Source of the DNA: Eledone cirrhosa
Lineage: Eukaryota
DNA length: 64,000 nucleotides
Direction: 5' to 3'
NCBI GenBank assembly: GCA_964016885.1
Contig: OZ024747.1
Coordinates: 69,130,001-69,194,000 of the forward strand
The notes beneath the pieces are model-generated. The model did not search any database. It saw only the letters and a program-made list of their open reading frames with translations, and had not been told where the DNA came from. Both the position numbers and the translations under genes were made by a program. Below are positions 1 to 13,591 of this stretch, one piece after another; position 1 is the stretch's first letter, and every line of letters begins with the position of its first letter.

Positions 1-29
1 AAACCTAGTATACACCATGGTTTTAATAA

Positions 30-222
30 AGGTTTCTAATTTAGGCACAAGGCCAACAATTTTTGGGGAGGGGAAATCCATTAAATCGGTGCCAGTGTGT
101 TACTGGTATTTTATTTTATGGACCCCGACGGCTTTTGAACTCAGAACGTAAAGGGGCCGCAACTATATGCTATAAAGCATGTAGTCCGATGCTCTATCGG
201 TACGGCCAATCCACCGCCCTCA
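30..222 (-). mobile_element. tRNA-derived SINE (family A), internally deleted copy
   Basis: Matches other copies in the window: gtttctaatttaggcacaaggcc...tactggtattttatttt...tttgaactcag...ccaatccaccgcc. Confidence 0.8.
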
Positions 223-954
223 CCAGGGTTTTAATAATGGCCACTAAATTTCCGTTTTTCTCCAGTATATGGCAACTATTCCCTTAATTCTACTTAGCTA
301 GATAGAATACTAGTTCAACTTAACAAATCAATTATTTTCATCGATCTTGTCAAACACCGGTTCAATCTCTATCTTGGATCAGATGATTAAATGCAGCTGT
401 CTTGATTGATCTGAGTTTAAGAAGGGGATATTAGGTAAGAGGAGAAGAGAAAGTTATATAGAAATGGATTATATATATATATATATAATACACGCACATT
501 AATATGGGGAAGGAGAGAGAGAGAAAGAGAGAATAAGCGTGATATAATCACGTGTAAATATATAGAGGTGAGTCATTAGATGACCTTATGTAAGATTTCC
601 CCTAAGAGATAACATTTTGTGACATTACTGTAGAATGGGTATGGATCTTTTTAAGGTTTGATGTAGGACGTAGAGTTAGACGTCACCAGTGTTGACATGA
701 TTTGTATGGATACAGCCTTGGAATTTATTCCAATTGAAGGTCGTCGTAGAAAAGACTAAAGACGGATCCATCTTAAGATCGATAAACGTAATTAATCAGT
801 ATCATCTATCAAATCTGTGTATAGCTTCATTTTCTTGTCTATCAAATATCTCTGGAATGACTGTCACAGAGGTATGCTGATATAAAGAAAATGTTATATT
901 GTTAAGTAATACTTGAAATATATAAATCATATAACAAAGTAAAAACAATAACAA

Positions 955-1530
955 TAATGATTTCTGATTTAGGTACAAGGCTAACAATTTTTTGGGGGGA
1001 GGGGAAAGTGGATTAATTCGACCCCAGTACATTACTGGTGCTTTATTTTATCCACCCCGTAAAGATGAAAGGCAAAGCTAACCTTGGCAGAATGTGAAAT
1101 CAGAACGTAAAGGAACGTAACTACATGCCACAAAACATGTTGTCCGACGCTCTACCGATACTGACAATCCATCGTCAATCAATAATGGTTTATTTTATTG
1201 ACCTTCTAAGGATGAAAGGCAAAGTTAACCTCGGCGGGATTTGAACCCAGAACATAAAGGGGTGGAATAAATAGGGTAATAATTGTTTCTAATAATAATT
1301 TGTTATGTACAATAGATATTATTAATATTCATAATAATAGTTTCTACTTTAGGCACAAGCCCAGTAATTTGAAGGGAGGGAGAAAAGTCGATTAAATCGA
1401 CCCAAGTGTGTTAACTGGTACTTTATTTTATCGTTTCCGTAAGGAGGAAATACAAATCTAATCTTGTCAGGATTTGAACGTAAAGAGCTATGCCGCAAAG
1501 CATGTTGTCCGACGCTCTACCGATTCTGCT
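955..1530 (-). mobile_element. Cluster of about 3 family A SINE copies or fragments
   Basis: Repeated core ctggtNctttattttatcgacc...gatgaaaggcaaagttaacctcggcgggatttgaac. Confidence 0.8.
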
Positions 1531-1597
1531 AATAATGTTATTAGATGATCAGCTTTAGTTTTTTCAAACCCGGAAGAGAACGCAAATTCATTTAAAC

Positions 1598-2367
1598 CAA
1601 AGGTTCTCAACGGGGGGCATATGCACCTCCGGGGGGCGTTTCGGAACTCCAGGGGGGCGTTTGGGAGCAAGGTCGCGTTAGGGGGGCGTTTGGAGCTGGG
1701 GGAGGGAGGTTAGGGGGCGCTGGAAGGCTCTTTATTTTGGTAAGTTTTATAAGCCATATTTGTATGTCTTTGAGACAGCCAGTGTGAATGCATTTGAATG
1801 AGCTTGCAGACAGCATAACTATAGTCTGACCGCAGCTCTGTGAGCAGGTGTGCAGGCATGTCCGGTAATTGAGACGTTTAACCGGTAATTAAGATCCTAA
1901 AAATGGAAAAAACCCACAGTCAACTTGGTCAAAGACACATTAAGCTCTCAGCCAGTTAGAATCTTATTTTTCCTTCACCGATAACAATGTATTTCATGTC
2001 TGACATTATTTGACTCAACCGTAAACGAGTTAACACTATGTAGATCTATTTTATTCCCTATTGTATAAATAATATTACAAAAAAAAAAAACAAAAAAAAA
2101 ACAACAGAAGCGAGTAGAGCACATACATCTAGGACCACATACAACACATAATCAGATAATACACACATCTAGGACCACATACAACACATAATCAGATAAT
2201 ACACACATCTTTGGAATATTGTTAATCAATTTTTTTAGTAATCTACTGATATAAAAATCAGTAGTATATTGAAAAATGGAAAAATAGGGGGGGGGGGGGG
2301 GGGGGGGCGTTTCGTGATTTCGAGAGACAAAAGGGGGCGTTTGGCCTAAATGGGTTGAGAACCTGTG
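1598..2367. mobile_element. Non-autonomous hAT (Charlie-like) DNA transposon
   Basis: 14-bp TIRs caaaggttctcaac / gttgagaacctgtg (1 mismatch). Perfect 8-bp TSD atttaaac at 1590-1597 and 2368-2375. Subterminal gggggcgtt repeats and an internal 40-bp tandem duplication at ~2120-2210. Confidence 0.9.
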
Positions 2368-2978
2368 ATTTAAACCAATGCATATAAAACTACAGAAATA
2401 TATATGTGTGTGTGTTTATATGAATAGGTAGTTAGTTTAATCACTGGTTCAAAGGTTTGTAGGTAAGGGAGAGTATCAATATCAGGCTGAATTCAAACCA
2501 GAAATAAGTTTTTCCAGAGCAGAGTAGATCAACTTTTATTAACAATACGAAGTAAATAGAATAGAATACAATAAAATAAAGAAAGCTATAGGTGGACGTC
2601 GAAAAAGTTGAGTAGCGACTAAATTTGAAAGAGCAATAGAATGGTCAGCAAGATAGTCTATTAGAAAATTAACTCATCTTATATTTGTTCTCTTCGATCA
2701 TTATTTAAAGTTTTGTTAGAAACAAGGAATGTCTCAATACTTCTTAAGTTTTGACGCACACACAGATTCATATACACAAACACACAAGCACAAAGACACA
2801 CACGCACACATATATATATGCAAACATACAAATAAGAGAACACAAAAAAAAGAAAAAAAACGTACAAATACGGGCGCTCTCTCCTTATACATACATGTCT
2901 TAAACTATCTATTTTTCTTTTACTCCAAACTTTTAATGTAATCTTTCGGGGAGAGAATGAGAGAAGAGAGTGTGTATT

Positions 2979-3132
2979 GTGAGAGAGAGAGAGAGGGGCG
3001 GAGAGAGAGATAAACAGATAGATAGATAAAGACAGGGAGAGAGAGAGAGAGAGAAAGAGAATGAGAGAGGAGAGTGTGTGTGTGAGAGAGAAAGAGGGAG
3101 AGAAAGATAGATAGATAGATAGATAGAGAGAG

Positions 3133-3195
<63 letters not shown>
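2979..3195. repeat. (GA)n/(GATA)n microsatellite
   Basis: Direct reading. Confidence 0.95.
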
Positions 3196-3198
<3 letters not shown>

Positions 3199-3619
3199 CA
3201 ACAGCAGAACTTAAATTGCCTTTGAAAATTCGTTTTTCTACTAATTATATTGCAAAGTGTTTCGCTTAATTTCCGCTCGAAATCAAATCTGCAGCTTCCG
3301 CAATGGCTTTTTATTCTGTATCTCTGTTGTATTACAATACAATTCCTCTTAAAACAGCCAAAACACTTCGGAAATATCTCTAACGATGGCAGGAAAGAAA
3401 AATTACAAATATATTTAGATATTTATTTTTTATCTTCTTATAATGACATCCCCTGGTCATTTTGTCTTTGCTGCTTACAACATGTAGTGGACGTATGAAA
3501 AAACAATGGACATAACTTGATTTCTGGTAATTATAACTAATTCATGGCAGTTTTCTTTTCTTTTGTGATTTCAGAGAACTTTGTATTTATATATACTTTC
3601 TATCTATCTTCCTTTTAGA

Positions 3620-4148
3620 AGTCGTTAGAAGGTCAGATAAAATGTTTTGCGATATTTGTTTCGGCCATCTGAGTTCAAATCCCGTTAAAGTCAACTTTGC
3701 CTTTATCCATTCAAGGTCGATAAAAAAGTACAAGCCTAGTACTGGGGTCGATTTTTTCTCTATGTTTCTCACTGCCATTCTCATCGGTAGAGGGTCGGAC
3801 GCCATGCTTTGCAGCATAGCTACATCCCTTTACGGTCTGAGTTCAAATCCCGTCGAGGTTAACTTTGCCTTTCATCCTTACCGGGTCGATAAAATAAAGT
3901 ACCAGTAATGAACTGGGTTATTGCTGGCCTTGTGCCAAAAGTAGAAACAATTATTTCTGCGGTGGAATGGCAGTATTGGTAGAGAGTCGGACATCAGGCT
4001 TTGACGCATAGAGTTACGGCCTTTGTCATTCTGAGTTCAAATCCCGCCGAGGTTAACTTTGCCTTTCATCCTTACTGGGTCGATAAAATAAAGTACCAGT
4101 AATGTACTGGCTAATTGCTGGCCTTGTGCCAAAAGTAGAAACAATTTT
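3620..4148 (+). mobile_element. Three tandem family A SINEs
   Basis: A-box-like tggcagtattgg, B-box gagttcaaatcc, core gcctttcatccttac..ggtcgataaaataaagtaccag, tail gtagaaacaattatt. Confidence 0.85.
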
Positions 4149-4885
4149 TCTATCCTTCTCTAGAACAAATCTGCTGTATTTAGATCTGGAAAGGAGATGG
4201 GCTCCGTCAAGTTTAAAAAATGCCATTAAAATGCTGTCAATACCGTGCCCCAACGACTCCTTCAAGAATTACTGGACCACATACACAAATCTTCTTCATT
4301 ATTCAATTTAAATTTCTTCTGGACACTTTATACAAAGTAAAGCAAGTTAGTTTATTTTCTGTATCGTTTTTTCTTCAAAAATACATTAATACTTTCATTG
4401 AATAATGTTCAACGAAAACCAGTAATAACGACATTAATATTCATAAACCAGTACTAACTGAAATCCTAATAAGTATTCTAAATAATTCTAGTCATTTCTC
4501 TCTAGTGAGAAGTTACTTTTAAACCAACAAATCAAACAATTTGTCTTGGCTACGAAAATGTGAAATGAAATTAAAAAGCAGTCCGAAATGAAACCGTTAA
4601 AGGGTTAAAACGAGAGATAAACACGAAGAACAGTTACACAAATTCTTATTAGTATCACGCTTGTGGGAAAAGGAATGATAATGTTTCAACATATCGGACG
4701 TTAGTTCTTCATCGGGAAAGAATAAAGTTAGGAAAGAGAGAAGGCTGAAAGAATAAAAATAGAAGAGGTGAGTTTATCAGAAGGGGTTAGTTTGGTAGGC
4801 GTGTAGGAGCGTATGTAGTCATGCAGGCGTTTGTTAGTGTATGATTGTGTGCATGTGTGTGTGTGTGCGTGCGTGTGTGCATAAA

Positions 4886-5005
4886 AGCGTGTGGCATAGT
4901 GGTTAGGGTGTCCGGCTTCCAATCATTAAGTCATGAGTTCGACTTCAAGCAGCGTATTATGTCCTTAAGCACGTCACTTCATGTCACTTGCTCTAGCCTC
5001 ACTGA
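4886..5005 (+). mobile_element. tRNA-derived SINE (family B), 5' part
   Basis: tggcatagtggttag A-box, gagttcgac B-box, gtccttaagcacgtcactt core; similar to 54113-54230 and 16770-17058. Confidence 0.65.
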
Positions 5006-5069
5006 TACAACCGTCACTACCTAGTCACTGACGACAAACTTTGACACCTAAGAATAAAGATATGGGTAT

Positions 5070-5174
<105 letters not shown>

Positions 5175-5231
5175 CGAACGCGTACGTTTGCGTCTATGTA
5201 TTTAACTTTGTCTAAGTACAATTATTCTATA

Positions 5232-5428
5232 CGATGGTGAGCTGAAAAGTTCATAAGCTGACTATGAAGGAGTGATGCTAGAGTGGTGAAATCTTGCATG
5301 CATTAATTTCAATTCTTCTTATTAATAACTGCGTTGTTTCTTTCCAGGAACAATACATATGTTAAAAAATATACCTCATTTGGTCATTCCATGAGAGTAT
5401 CTTGGTCAGCCTATGAACTTTTCAGCCT
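5232..5428. mobile_element. Mariner-type MITE
   Basis: Inverted repeats gctgaaaagttcataagctgac (5241-5262) / gtcagcctatgaacttttcagc (5405-5426); TA at the left end. Confidence 0.7.
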
Positions 5429-5947
5429 GTACTTTTCATCCGACCCACTTATTTTGGGAGTGAGAAGAAAATATAATCTTGGTACATCTATTTATTTTCC
5501 TTATAACATAAAATGTTTAAATAAAATACTGAATCTGAATTTTAGTTGAAGCATATTTAGAACGTAATTCTTGCTTTACACCGTACACTCACCATGCACA
5601 GTTGAATATAAACACACTCCAGGATACAAACACATGTGTCTAAATACACACACCCACTAAAAATACTCACACATATAGATTCGTGTAAATTCGAACATTT
5701 TATTCTGTTGTTCTTTGTATGACCAATGATTAAAAAGCTTGCAGTTTTTCTAGAACTTTCATTCAGTTATATCGCTGTGACGAAGATTGCTCTCATTACT
5801 TGTATAAAAGATGGTACGGAATCACTATGGAAGCAGTGCGGGGAAATTGAGAATGGAAATGGTAGGATGTATTTTCTATTGTGATTTCCTAAAGGAAGAG
5901 AAGTTTCTTTAAAGGTTGAGAGTGAAAGAAAGAAAAAGAGAATGAGA

Positions 5948-5980
<33 letters not shown>

Positions 5981-5983
<3 letters not shown>

Positions 5984-6183
5984 CGAAGGAAATGTGGTAA
6001 GGAACCAGGTGGACCATAACGCACAAGAGTACTCAATACTTAGGGTAGTAGAGTGGATAATAGGAAAAAGTATGACCCCGACGGCAAAGCTCAAGCCGCT
6101 TCGACGGCTATTTCTGGACGAAATCTCAGTCCAGAAATAGCCGTCGAAACGGCTTGAGCTCTGCCGTCGGGGTCATACTTTTT

Positions 6184-6188
<5 letters not shown>
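5981..6188 (-). mobile_element. Palindromic half-hammerhead element, copy 1
   Basis: 60-bp inverted arms 6060-6119 / 6129-6188 (2 mismatches) plus a tail shared with the copies at 34.0 and 63.2 kb; flanked by (TA)n on both sides. Confidence 0.8.
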
Positions 6189-6220
<32 letters not shown>

Positions 6221-6249
6221 AGAGAGAGAGAGAGAGAGAGAGAAGCGAA

Positions 6250-6309
<60 letters not shown>

Positions 6310-9049
6310 GAGGTTGATTAATATTTTAGAGTTGCCTGTAAAATACTTGTTGACCACAAACATGCTAGCTATATTTGACATATGAGTTAAACATTCTTCA
6401 TGTGTTTTGACAAGACTCAAATGCTTTCCGATACTGATACAAATACCACTTTTCCCTATCTACAAAGTGTATTTAGTTTTTATTTGAACACAGTTTTTCC
6501 AGCTGTCGAAGTCGTTGTTACTAGTATACCATTTTCTCAACTAGAATATACAAACACAACAGTTCTCAATAGATATTTTCTTTATTAATAACATTTATTC
6601 TATATGGCCTTATGGACACAATTCTCTTCATGTCTGCGTGAATAGTTGTTGTTTGTATGTTGTTTTCCAGCAGGACGATGATATATCAGTATACATAACA
6701 TTTCTAAACTAAAAGCTAAACTTCAAGATTTAATGTTCTTGAAGAGTGACAAGTTCAAAACTGTGATATAAACGCGAATAGCGACTTTTTAGCAGAAGTA
6801 AATATTTTCACCACTGGAGAAATGAAATCTAAAGTGCTTAGTTACTTGCTCATATATATTTAAATAACTTGAAAATATGCATAGAAGAGACACAAGGTCT
6901 TCAAATACGACAATCTAAAAAATGATAGTAAATCAAATCGTACATGCAATTATCTAGTTTTTCTTTGAGGTATCAAATTTCATTTGGGAAGAAAACTTAT
7001 GAACAGTATGAAAATATTCCTTGCAAATATATAGTAGAGTTTCTGATAAATAGTACAATACTATTCTTGTTATTTATATATCAGATTGGAAGAAACTGGA
7101 AAGTGAAGGTTGGGAAACATAAAATAGCTTTAAGATCATAATATTTTGTTTAATAAGTTGTATAATACAGAGGAAGTTAACTGATACTTTTGTACCAATG
7201 AACTATGCCCAAGATGTCTAACCATTTTTTATAGAAATGCTATTGACAAAATGTGTTATGAAGATGATAACAGTGGGTTTAAAGGAATGGTAGAGCAACG
7301 GGCAAAATACTTTGCGGTATTTAGTTGCAGTCATTAACGTGATGAATTCAAATCCCACTAAGATCAACTTTACCTTTTATCATCCCGAGGGCAATAACAC
7401 AAAATATCAGTAATGACCAATTTAAACTGTTTCCTCTCCCGCCCCACTCCCCGAATTGTAAATTAGGAACTGTTACGAAGAGAAAAATACTTGGGTGATA
7501 TCAGGTAAAAGTACTTTATGAAAACATACCATATTTGAAAATATTGATGGGAGAGTTATTTGTTAAAGACACTCGATACTTCTGAGCATATACCATCTGT
7601 TGACAAATATATATTTGAACTAGAAGTTCTATATATGTATTGTACATCAGGGACATAACCATTACTTGAGGTTATGTATTAACAAAGAAAGAGAAAATCT
7701 GGGAGACAGTAAAAATGAGACAAATTTAGAAAATAATGTTTCTGTGATTTCTTTATTAACGACATAGTTGAAAATATGTACTACAATAACATTAGAGGGA
7801 TAGGTTGACGGCTTAAAAACAAATGCAGTGACCTAGAACTTCTAGGATGTTAAAATGGTATAATAATGCTTCAAGAGTGATTAATAATTGGTACAGAAAT
7901 ATACTCATTGAACTGAAATCAACTTGTACGAAGTCGTGATTTTAATTTAGAGAATGCACTAATTTTCTATTTTTTTTTTAATCAACATCTTGATTATTTC
8001 AAGCAAGCTGTAATTGCCTTTAGTTCAATGTAATTTTCTGTTTGACTAATGTTAAAGAGAGGTTAAGATTTAAGAATTGTCGAATACGAGTTGATAGCAT
8101 TATGATGCTTCAAAAGAATAGTAGAATATTACTTGAAAAGAATAGCAGAACAGTTTTCCGAATGAACAGAAGAATGATGTTTCGAGGGAATACTAGAATG
8201 AGGTTTTGAGAGAGGTCAAGATTTATGCAGAGCGTAATTGTATTTTGTGTGAATAGTGTAATAATGTTCGGAAAAAAAAAAAGAAAAAAAGAAAATAGAA
8301 GAAAAAAGAAGAAACAATAATAACAGAGGCGACTGTTATGAGAAAGTTCTTGCAGATTAGCAACTTGAATTATTTGTATTACAAGGGATGAAGAGAAAAT
8401 GTGACCACGATGATAACTTTAAATATTTTTCTCACATTGAAAGTAGGTGTTGTAGTTCGAGTAGATATTGTTTATGTGATAAACGACTGTTAGATTTACT
8501 GAATAGTAAAAATAGGTTTACAAGGTCTTATTGAAAACGCCAGGGGAGTAAGAAAGAGTTTACTGTCGCATCAAGTTTACAGAAGTGTATTATCTGTCCG
8601 TTTATATAGGGGGAGGGTTGAGCTAGAGAGCGGGAATTCAATTCTTTTTTTCAAGGAATATCATCATGGAGGGTATCCCTAGAAGGTATTTCTTGACTCA
8701 TTCCTGAGCAGCAAAAGCATCATTATTATCATCATTAGTAGCAGTAACAGTAATAGCGTTAATATCATTAGTTGTTGTCATGGTAAAAATATAGCGTAGT
8801 TGTGGCCATGGGGTTCGGTAAAACTACACGAAGTTGGTTCTGGAGAAAAAGGATTTAAAATTTTCATTCCTGTTGTAGTTGTAATGGAAGTTAAAACGAT
8901 CAAAGCTTTGTGAGAACAACTGCAGATAGCGAAATAATACGGAAATAATAGCTAAACATAGTCACTTCTAGTGATATCAGTTACAGAATTGGGAGTGAAA
9001 ATATTAAAATGATTCAGGAGAGAACGCCTGCATAGCAGATTAGACATAT

Positions 9050-9375
9050 TAGACATAACAGCCAAATCTCTCCAAATCACATATTACTGTTGTAAAAAAA
9101 GAGAAGGACATATTAGTTAATATAATCTAACAAACGTTACCCTGAAAACAAAACACTGTTTGATCATGCCTGGAAAGTCTTTGATGATAGGTCTGCTTGC
9201 TCAGAGCAGCCTACGGCTAAACAGAATATTGTCTTAAAAATGGAAGGGTATAATAAGTTAAGTAGTGTTTAGATACAATATAGCTGAAAATAAAAGATGG
9301 GATAGTCACCTCCTCAAACTATTTGATCATAAGTTTACTTGATCATGGCTGACACGAAGCTTAACAACAACGAGA
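9050..9375 (+). repeat. Old dispersed repeat family C (tttgatcataggtctgcttgatcag...gggctaaacaacaac)
   Basis: Diverged copies also at ~12.4-12.5, 21.5-21.95, 25.0, 25.8-26.15, 39.8-40.2, 48.1-48.3 and 60.1-60.3 kb; class not determined. Confidence 0.6.
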
Positions 9376-9502
9376 ACGACAACAAATTCAGTATAGGTAG
9401 TAATGATTCCACCATCTTCGTTTTAAGTATCAACAAGTTTCTGGGGGTGTCATTACTATATTGGAGTAGGCAAGACTCTACTGGTTGTGTGATATATAGT
9501 GT

Positions 9503-9586
<84 letters not shown>

Positions 9587-9678
9587 AAAAGGTAAACAGA
9601 AATAACAAAACAAACGGCACAGTACAGGGAAGAAATATATTAGTTTAACGTTTGAAATAGCAGGAAGAGAGTCTTAAG

Positions 9679-9703
9679 GTTTCGAACACTAGTCCTTCAT
9701 CAG
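9679..9703 (-). ncRNA. Degenerate hammerhead-like core in a short repeat (related fragment at 29.2-29.35 kb)
   Basis: Minus strand CUGAUGA-A-GGAC-uagu-GUUC-GAAAC; no convincing stem III or stem I. Confidence 0.45.
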
Positions 9704-9751
9704 TGCTGATTCAAAATGAAGTTTGTTGTTTCAAAGATAATTTACGACAGA

Positions 9752-9786
<35 letters not shown>

Positions 9787-10192
9787 TCTCTTTTTCTCTC
9801 TCTCTCTATATATATACATATATATGTGTGTGTGTGAAGGTGTATGTGTGTGTGTGAAGGTGTATGTATGAGTGTGTATGTGTAGGTAGAAATGTCATTG
9901 ATAGTGTACAGAATAATATACAATAAAGTATACTTTTCAGAAGTAATAAAGCAGTTTATCACTTAAGTTAAATGGATATAATAATAAAAAAATGTTTCAG
10001 GAGCTTTCTTCTTTTCACGAGATTTAATATATATATTCCTCTAGACAAAATATAAGTTCAGTTGTTATTAAAATTATATATATATATATATATATATAAT
10101 ATTATATTATATTATATTATATTATATTATATATATATATATTATATTATATATATATATATTATATTATATTATATTATATTATATTATAT

Positions 10193-10274
<82 letters not shown>

Positions 10275-11019
10275 AGAACTCGGAATGGTGAGCCCTCAGT
10301 AGCAAGACCAGTAAAGTATTCACCTCTTCTTGACCTGTTGTTCGATTCTATCGCAAATTAACAATTATTATGTCCTATATCGTTTACTTTACTATATAAT
10401 CTTAGAAGACACTTTAAAATGTAGGCCATCTGTTCACAAGTATTGTATTTTTTTGTAGCAGAAACATGTATTTTAGAGTATTATTTACTTAATTTTCATC
10501 CCGTGCAGTGCTACATATTGAATTATCTGGAGACAAAGTCTGTAGTATATGCGTTTATCTGTGAAAAGCGTGTTGTTCGGCCCTCACCTAACCATTTTCC
10601 ATTTCTGTTGAAAAAGAGCTATGAGAAGTCCACTTACATCTGCTGAACAAAACAGACAATTCAAGAGATGGGGGAGTGTGTGTGTGAGAGAGAGAGATAA
10701 AGGGGTGGGGGACGAGGGGTGAAACAGAGAAAGAGAATAAAAGAAGTTTCGACGCTAGTGGTTGACTAGCACTTTACCAACATGGTAAGGATTAAAGGCA
10801 AATTTAACCTTGATGCGAACTCAGAATATAAAGAACCAGAACAAATGTACAGTGTTCTGTCAATAATAAAGACTTCTATTATTGACACAAGGCCAGCAAC
10901 TTGGTACTTTATGATTGGGTCTTTATTTATCAACTCCGGCAAAGTTGTATACGTTGGGATTTGAACTCAGAACGTAAAGAGCTGGAACAAATACTACACG
11001 GTATTTAATAATAATAATA

Positions 11020-11237
11020 ATTGTTTCTACTATAGGCACAATATCAGCAATTTGAAGGGGAGCGGAAAGTCGATTAACTCGACCCCAGTGCATTACTGGT
11101 GCTTTATTTTATCGACCCCTTAAGGATGAAAGACAAAGCTAACCTCGGCGGGATTTGAACTGAGAACGTAAAGGGCCGTAACTCTATGATGCAAAGCCTG
11201 GTGTCCAACGTTCTACCGATACTTCTAATCCACCACC

Positions 11238-11238
<1 letters not shown>
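11020..11238 (-). mobile_element. Family A SINE, near full length, long form
   Basis: Complete head, core and tail; flanked by (TAA)n. Confidence 0.85.
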
Positions 11239-11283
<45 letters not shown>

Positions 11284-12643
11284 TATTGTTGCTTGTAACA
11301 ATTGTTTCTAATTTAGGCACAGGGTAGCAATTTAGTGGGAAAGGAAAAGCCGATGACATTGAACTCCAGTACTTGGAAAGAAAAAGGGGTAATGTTGTCT
11401 CAGTAGGTTTTGAACTCAGACAGCAACAGCAGAAAGCAGAAAAAAAATTCTGTAGACGTTCATCAGGTATAAACCTTTACACGTTCGGGTATGTGTGGGA
11501 TAAATCTCTAATCTGGTACGTCAAATGCTATGAAAGGTTCTCCGTCGCTGACCTTGTCGCTTCGGTTACAATCCCGGACACTGCCACTTGTAAAGCAGAG
11601 AAGCGGAAGATATCCAAATAACGGGTCTTGCCTGACCCCTTCCTTGTCGTACCGGTCGCTTTCGAAACCTCAGGTGTGCTTGGTCCCTGAACTGCTGTTT
11701 TTCTTCGCAAAATCGAAAGGTGTGCATTCCGCCCGGGGAAAGAAACCGGTGAGGCATGTAGCCGATGTAGCGAGTGTCACTTGTAGTCCTCAACGGCAAT
11801 GTGTTCACCATCTTGCCGCAGGGCGCAGATGAGATATACTCCCTAGATAAGCATGTATAATATCTTCTTCGTTACCATTCCCCCTTTTTTCTTGTTTCTC
11901 TTCTTGTTTATTATGTGAAATATTCATGTAAATAAAATTCCATCTCTACGATATTAAAATAATAAAGAAAAAAATCTACGAGTGTAACCTACTTGGCAAG
12001 ATGTCTATTGAGAAGAGAAAGTGAAAGTAGGAAGCGATGTTTGAGGTAAAAACTTCTTCCATGATTCACATAGACATCGGTTTGTCATGCATGCTTTTAA
12101 GAATTTGAATGACAAGCTTTTAAGTATCTACCACAGATATGCCAGACAGAAAACAGTTATGCGAAAACAACAGTCGGAAGGTGTCTACTTTTCCAAAACA
12201 ATACATGGACTAAAGGTTGTCATGGATTTGTATCGATATCGATTTTAAATAAAATTTTCGTGTTCCGAACAAACATACAACGTATTGTAGTAATATTACT
12301 TGTTTTTTCAGCTCGCAATAGTTTTTATTTTAGGATATTCTTCCTATAAGATATAGAATAAAGTTAAATTTTTCTATCATGTTTACCCCTATCATATCAT
12401 ATGTATTAAGACAGGGTTATTTTTGTTTTGTTGTTTCGGTTTAGGCTATGTCAGCTCTGATTAAACAGAGCTACTATCAAAAGCATTCCAGCTGTGACTA
12501 TGCTGTCTGTTATTCAAGCCCAGTGTAATAATTATTTATTTCTATTGCACAACTACAATAACTAATGCAATATGTATGCATATATTTTTTCAAGACGGTA
12601 GAGTACTACTGGAGAGAGACTTGGTTGCACTACAACATTCCCA

Positions 12644-12724
<81 letters not shown>

Positions 12725-12775
12725 ATGTATGTATTTGTGTGTGTGTGGCTATTTTATGATAAACTTAAATGATAC

Positions 12776-12821
<46 letters not shown>

Positions 12822-13548
12822 TTATTAAAATAACAGATTAAAGTTTATGTAAAGAATCGTTGCTTTCAGCCTTAAGGGGATCTTCTGAAATATATATATT
12901 ATCCTATCGAGCCTCTTCAGATTTTAGTCTTCACATTTTTTAATTATTACTATATATATGTATATATATTTGTGAGTATAAAATTGTAAAATGAGAGTGA
13001 AACAAACATTTCAAGCCCAGCGCAGGAACGAGCTGGATACGAGTGGAGCGAGATATTTGAAGTATATATGAAATCATATAGCATATGAAATCGACTGCTT
13101 TTGCTAATAAATACCACCTCGCCGAGCCCTCAATATATGCAAATGCGCATCACCTTAGGTATTCCAAACACAAAATCTATATAAGGGATAACATATTTGT
13201 GTCAGTCCTGAATGATTAAACATCAATGATGATGGTTGAAAATCCTGAAACATTAGTGTTTGTGGTTCTGACACGGCACTGAGGCAGTTGTGACATGATC
13301 ACAGCTTAAAATACGTCTAGCGAGGCTTGTGTATGTTTATTATACATAAATATATTGAATACGCTTTGATATAAGCCTTTATTGTGAACGACGCTATGTT
13401 CGTGTCACTGCTAAATAAGTATATAAATATACATAATACACACACACACACACATATATATATGTGTAATTAATACACACAGACATATATATATATATAC
13501 ATACACATATACACACACACACATATATATATACGTGTGTGAGTGTTT

Positions 13549-13591
<43 letters not shown>

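Noticed and set aside
3960-4050. tRNA genes at SINE heads
   Set aside because: A and B boxes are present but there is no cloverleaf, and each continues into SINE core sequence.
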